This document shows positions 62,401-64,000 of a stretch of 64,000 bases of DNA, in pieces. A program made the position numbers and the translations under genes. This DNA comes from Bilabrum cf. latius (taxonomy: Eukaryota). Where the stretch lies: positions 248,001-312,000 of the forward strand of contig OZ237775.1 of NCBI GenBank assembly GCA_965178125.1, written 5' to 3'. The notes beneath the pieces are model-generated. The model was not told where the DNA came from, did no database searches, and saw only the letters and a list, made by a program, of their open reading frames with translations. The first letter of the stretch is position 1, and every line of letters starts with the position of its first letter.

Positions 62401-64000
62401 AATGCACAGCGCGCAAGACCTCCAACACCGCCGTCTCACAGCATGCGAGCGCCAAGACCTGGATTTTACCCGCCGTCGGACGGGCTCGTGTGGGTGCAGC
62501 TGGACTACTAGCCCGGCTTGTTCAAACATCTCGTGCGACTGGTGCTGCTTGACCTTTCCAGCGGTCAGATCGTATCCGATTTCCGCTCCGAATCCGATGG
62601 ACTGCACACCGGGGACCTACTGAAGAACGGGCAGTCGCAGTCGGTGGCATGGACGTTTCATGACGACATCTTCGCGTCCTCTGTGCATCTCATTGAGGGT
62701 GGCTCCGCTCTCCTCGTTCAACAGAGGGCCAGCATTGAGCTCAGCGAGCTGTAGGGACTGCTGCGCCGATCAATCGAGCTCCGCCTTGTTCGCATCGACG
62801 CCAGTACCGGCGCCGTCACGGCGGATCTAATGACGAACCGCGCGTAGCCGGGGCCCGTGGTGCCCTTGGCGAGCACCGTGGATCTAGGTGACAGGGTTCA
62901 GACGTGGACCGCAACCATCGGGCTAAACACTGCGCCGATCATCACCAGTGACTTCGAAGTTGACCTGCGGCGAGCATCGAACGGTCTCCCGTTCGTGATA
63001 GTGGGCAGCGGATCTACCTCATTCAACCAGAGGATGCCCAGGGGCCAGGTGGCCCGATTAAAGTTTTACAGGCTGCTGTCAGCGAGACTGACCTAGGACG
63101 GGGAGCAGATTCTCTCAGACTTCTAGTCGGGGAGTTCGAATGTTGATGACACCACAGACGGTCTTTGGCAAATCAATGGGAGACCGGCACTGCCCGTTGC
63201 AAACGGGTTCTGCGCAGTGCCTGACGATGATCTAGAGGCGCCGTTTCCGGCCGGCAAGGCTCCCATGGACTACACTGTGACCTTCGGATTCGATCCCAAA
63301 GAGCAGGTGTACGAAATGGAGGGGTGTAGCGCACTGCCTAAGGACGCCTACGGTGGAATCACTGTGCCTGCCTCTGGGCTTATCGTGCAGCAAGCAGGCG
63401 GGAGCTTGTCGCCTGTACTGAGCCGTCGAGACTCGGACGGCTGCCAGCCAGGGCGGGTCAACTACATCGGGACTCGATACGTGTACTTCGACCCCGCGCT
63501 GGCACGGGCAACTGCCGAGTTTCGCACGCAGACGCACTCTGCCAACCCATCCTCATGGTCCCAGGACCTGTGCCAAGGCGAGCAGGTGGCAGCAGGGTAC
63601 GTCATTCCGCTGCGTGACCCAATACAGCAGACGGTAACGATGATCAAGTGGATCGAAGAGTCTGCCATCGTGCAGTCTAAGCCGCTGGATCCACCCGTGG
63701 ACGGGACGTCAAGTCGCAACGTGTACTCCGGTAGCAACCTGCAGGTGCAGACGGCCCATTTGCAGGGCTTCTTCCCGTAGACAGCCGGCCAGACCATTGT
63801 GCGGACGGACGGTGTGCACGATCCGCTATCTACCGTTGCCTTCTGGCTGGGCATCCGTGACCAGGACGACTGCAAGCTTCGACTTGTGTAGAGCGACTTC
63901 CCCGGCTTTGGCGTGCCCATCCTGTCCCGGTTCACGCCCAGGAGCAATTCGATTCAGAAGGCCGAGGATGCAGATGTGTCAATCGTGTACCCATATCGCA
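59404..64000 (+). CDS. Large membrane-anchored protein of unknown function (>1400 aa, 3'-truncated by window edge)
   Basis: The frame from 59755 stays open to 64000 with 16 TAGs (59926, 59995, 60088, 60742, 60835, 61225, 61294, 61540, 62269, 62509, 62752, 62845, 63094, 63124, 63778, 63889) and no TAA or TGA. N-terminal TM segment GVIATISFVLGMIMYAVYLFLL. Acceptor TTGCAG at 59753; the first exon 59404-59465 (donor GTAAAT) is tentative. Confidence 0.75.
61762..61938 (+). repeat. Coding tandem repeat, 30-nt unit (GGGDDDTAGT), ~6 copies
   Basis: GGCGGAGGTGATGACGATACTGCTGGCACC-like units with a 30-nt period. Confidence 0.95.

Noticed and set aside
119-64000. Ciliate-type code (UAA and UAG both Gln, table 6)
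   Set aside because: No in-frame TAA in intact genes, and TAA terminates the inner-arm dynein at its conserved C-terminus.
119-64000. A-to-I editing (UAG to UGG), pyrrolysine, or UAG as Leu/Glu/Tyr
   Set aside because: The conserved columns I could judge are Gln, not Trp, Leu or Tyr, and the TAGs occur in unrelated housekeeping genes. U-to-C editing cannot be excluded without RNA data but is less parsimonious.
119-64000. C-to-T damage, RIP-like mutation or sequencing error turning CAG into TAG
   Set aside because: It should also create TAA from CAA, TGA from CGA and stops at Trp codons. These codons are present in the same genes and unaffected. A raw-read check is still advisable.

Overview
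Gene-dense, GC-rich nuclear DNA of a flagellated eukaryote. It carries two axonemal dynein heavy chains and a few short GT-AG introns; a heterotrophic, stramenopile-like protist is my inference only. The main signal is a non-standard nuclear genetic code: TAG appears to encode glutamine while TAA and TGA remain stops. Reading by hand I count about 83 in-frame TAG codons in 14 of 17 genes, including 17 and 18 in the two dyneins. Many fall at conserved Gln positions. No internal TAA or TGA occurs in these reading frames, and the 16 complete genes then end in TGA (12) or TAA (4). With TAG=Gln the fragmented ORF track collapses into these genes: glucosidase II alpha, two inverted flavodoxin-like quinone reductases flanking two tandem CCHC zinc-knuckle/protein-kinase fusions, a Cys-rich membrane protein, NDP kinase, a GH3 beta-xylosidase, a hypothetical protein, an FG-GAP membrane protein, an inner-arm dynein heavy chain (~5070 aa), a Frag1/DRAM-family protein, a GRDP-like/ubiquitin-like protein with a broken second ubiquitin domain, the outer-arm gamma dynein heavy chain (~4687 aa), a GT61 glycosyltransferase, RAD51B and a large membrane-anchored protein running off the right edge. 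I recognised no RNA genes, CRISPR arrays or mobile elements. Family calls come from remembered motifs, not database searches.
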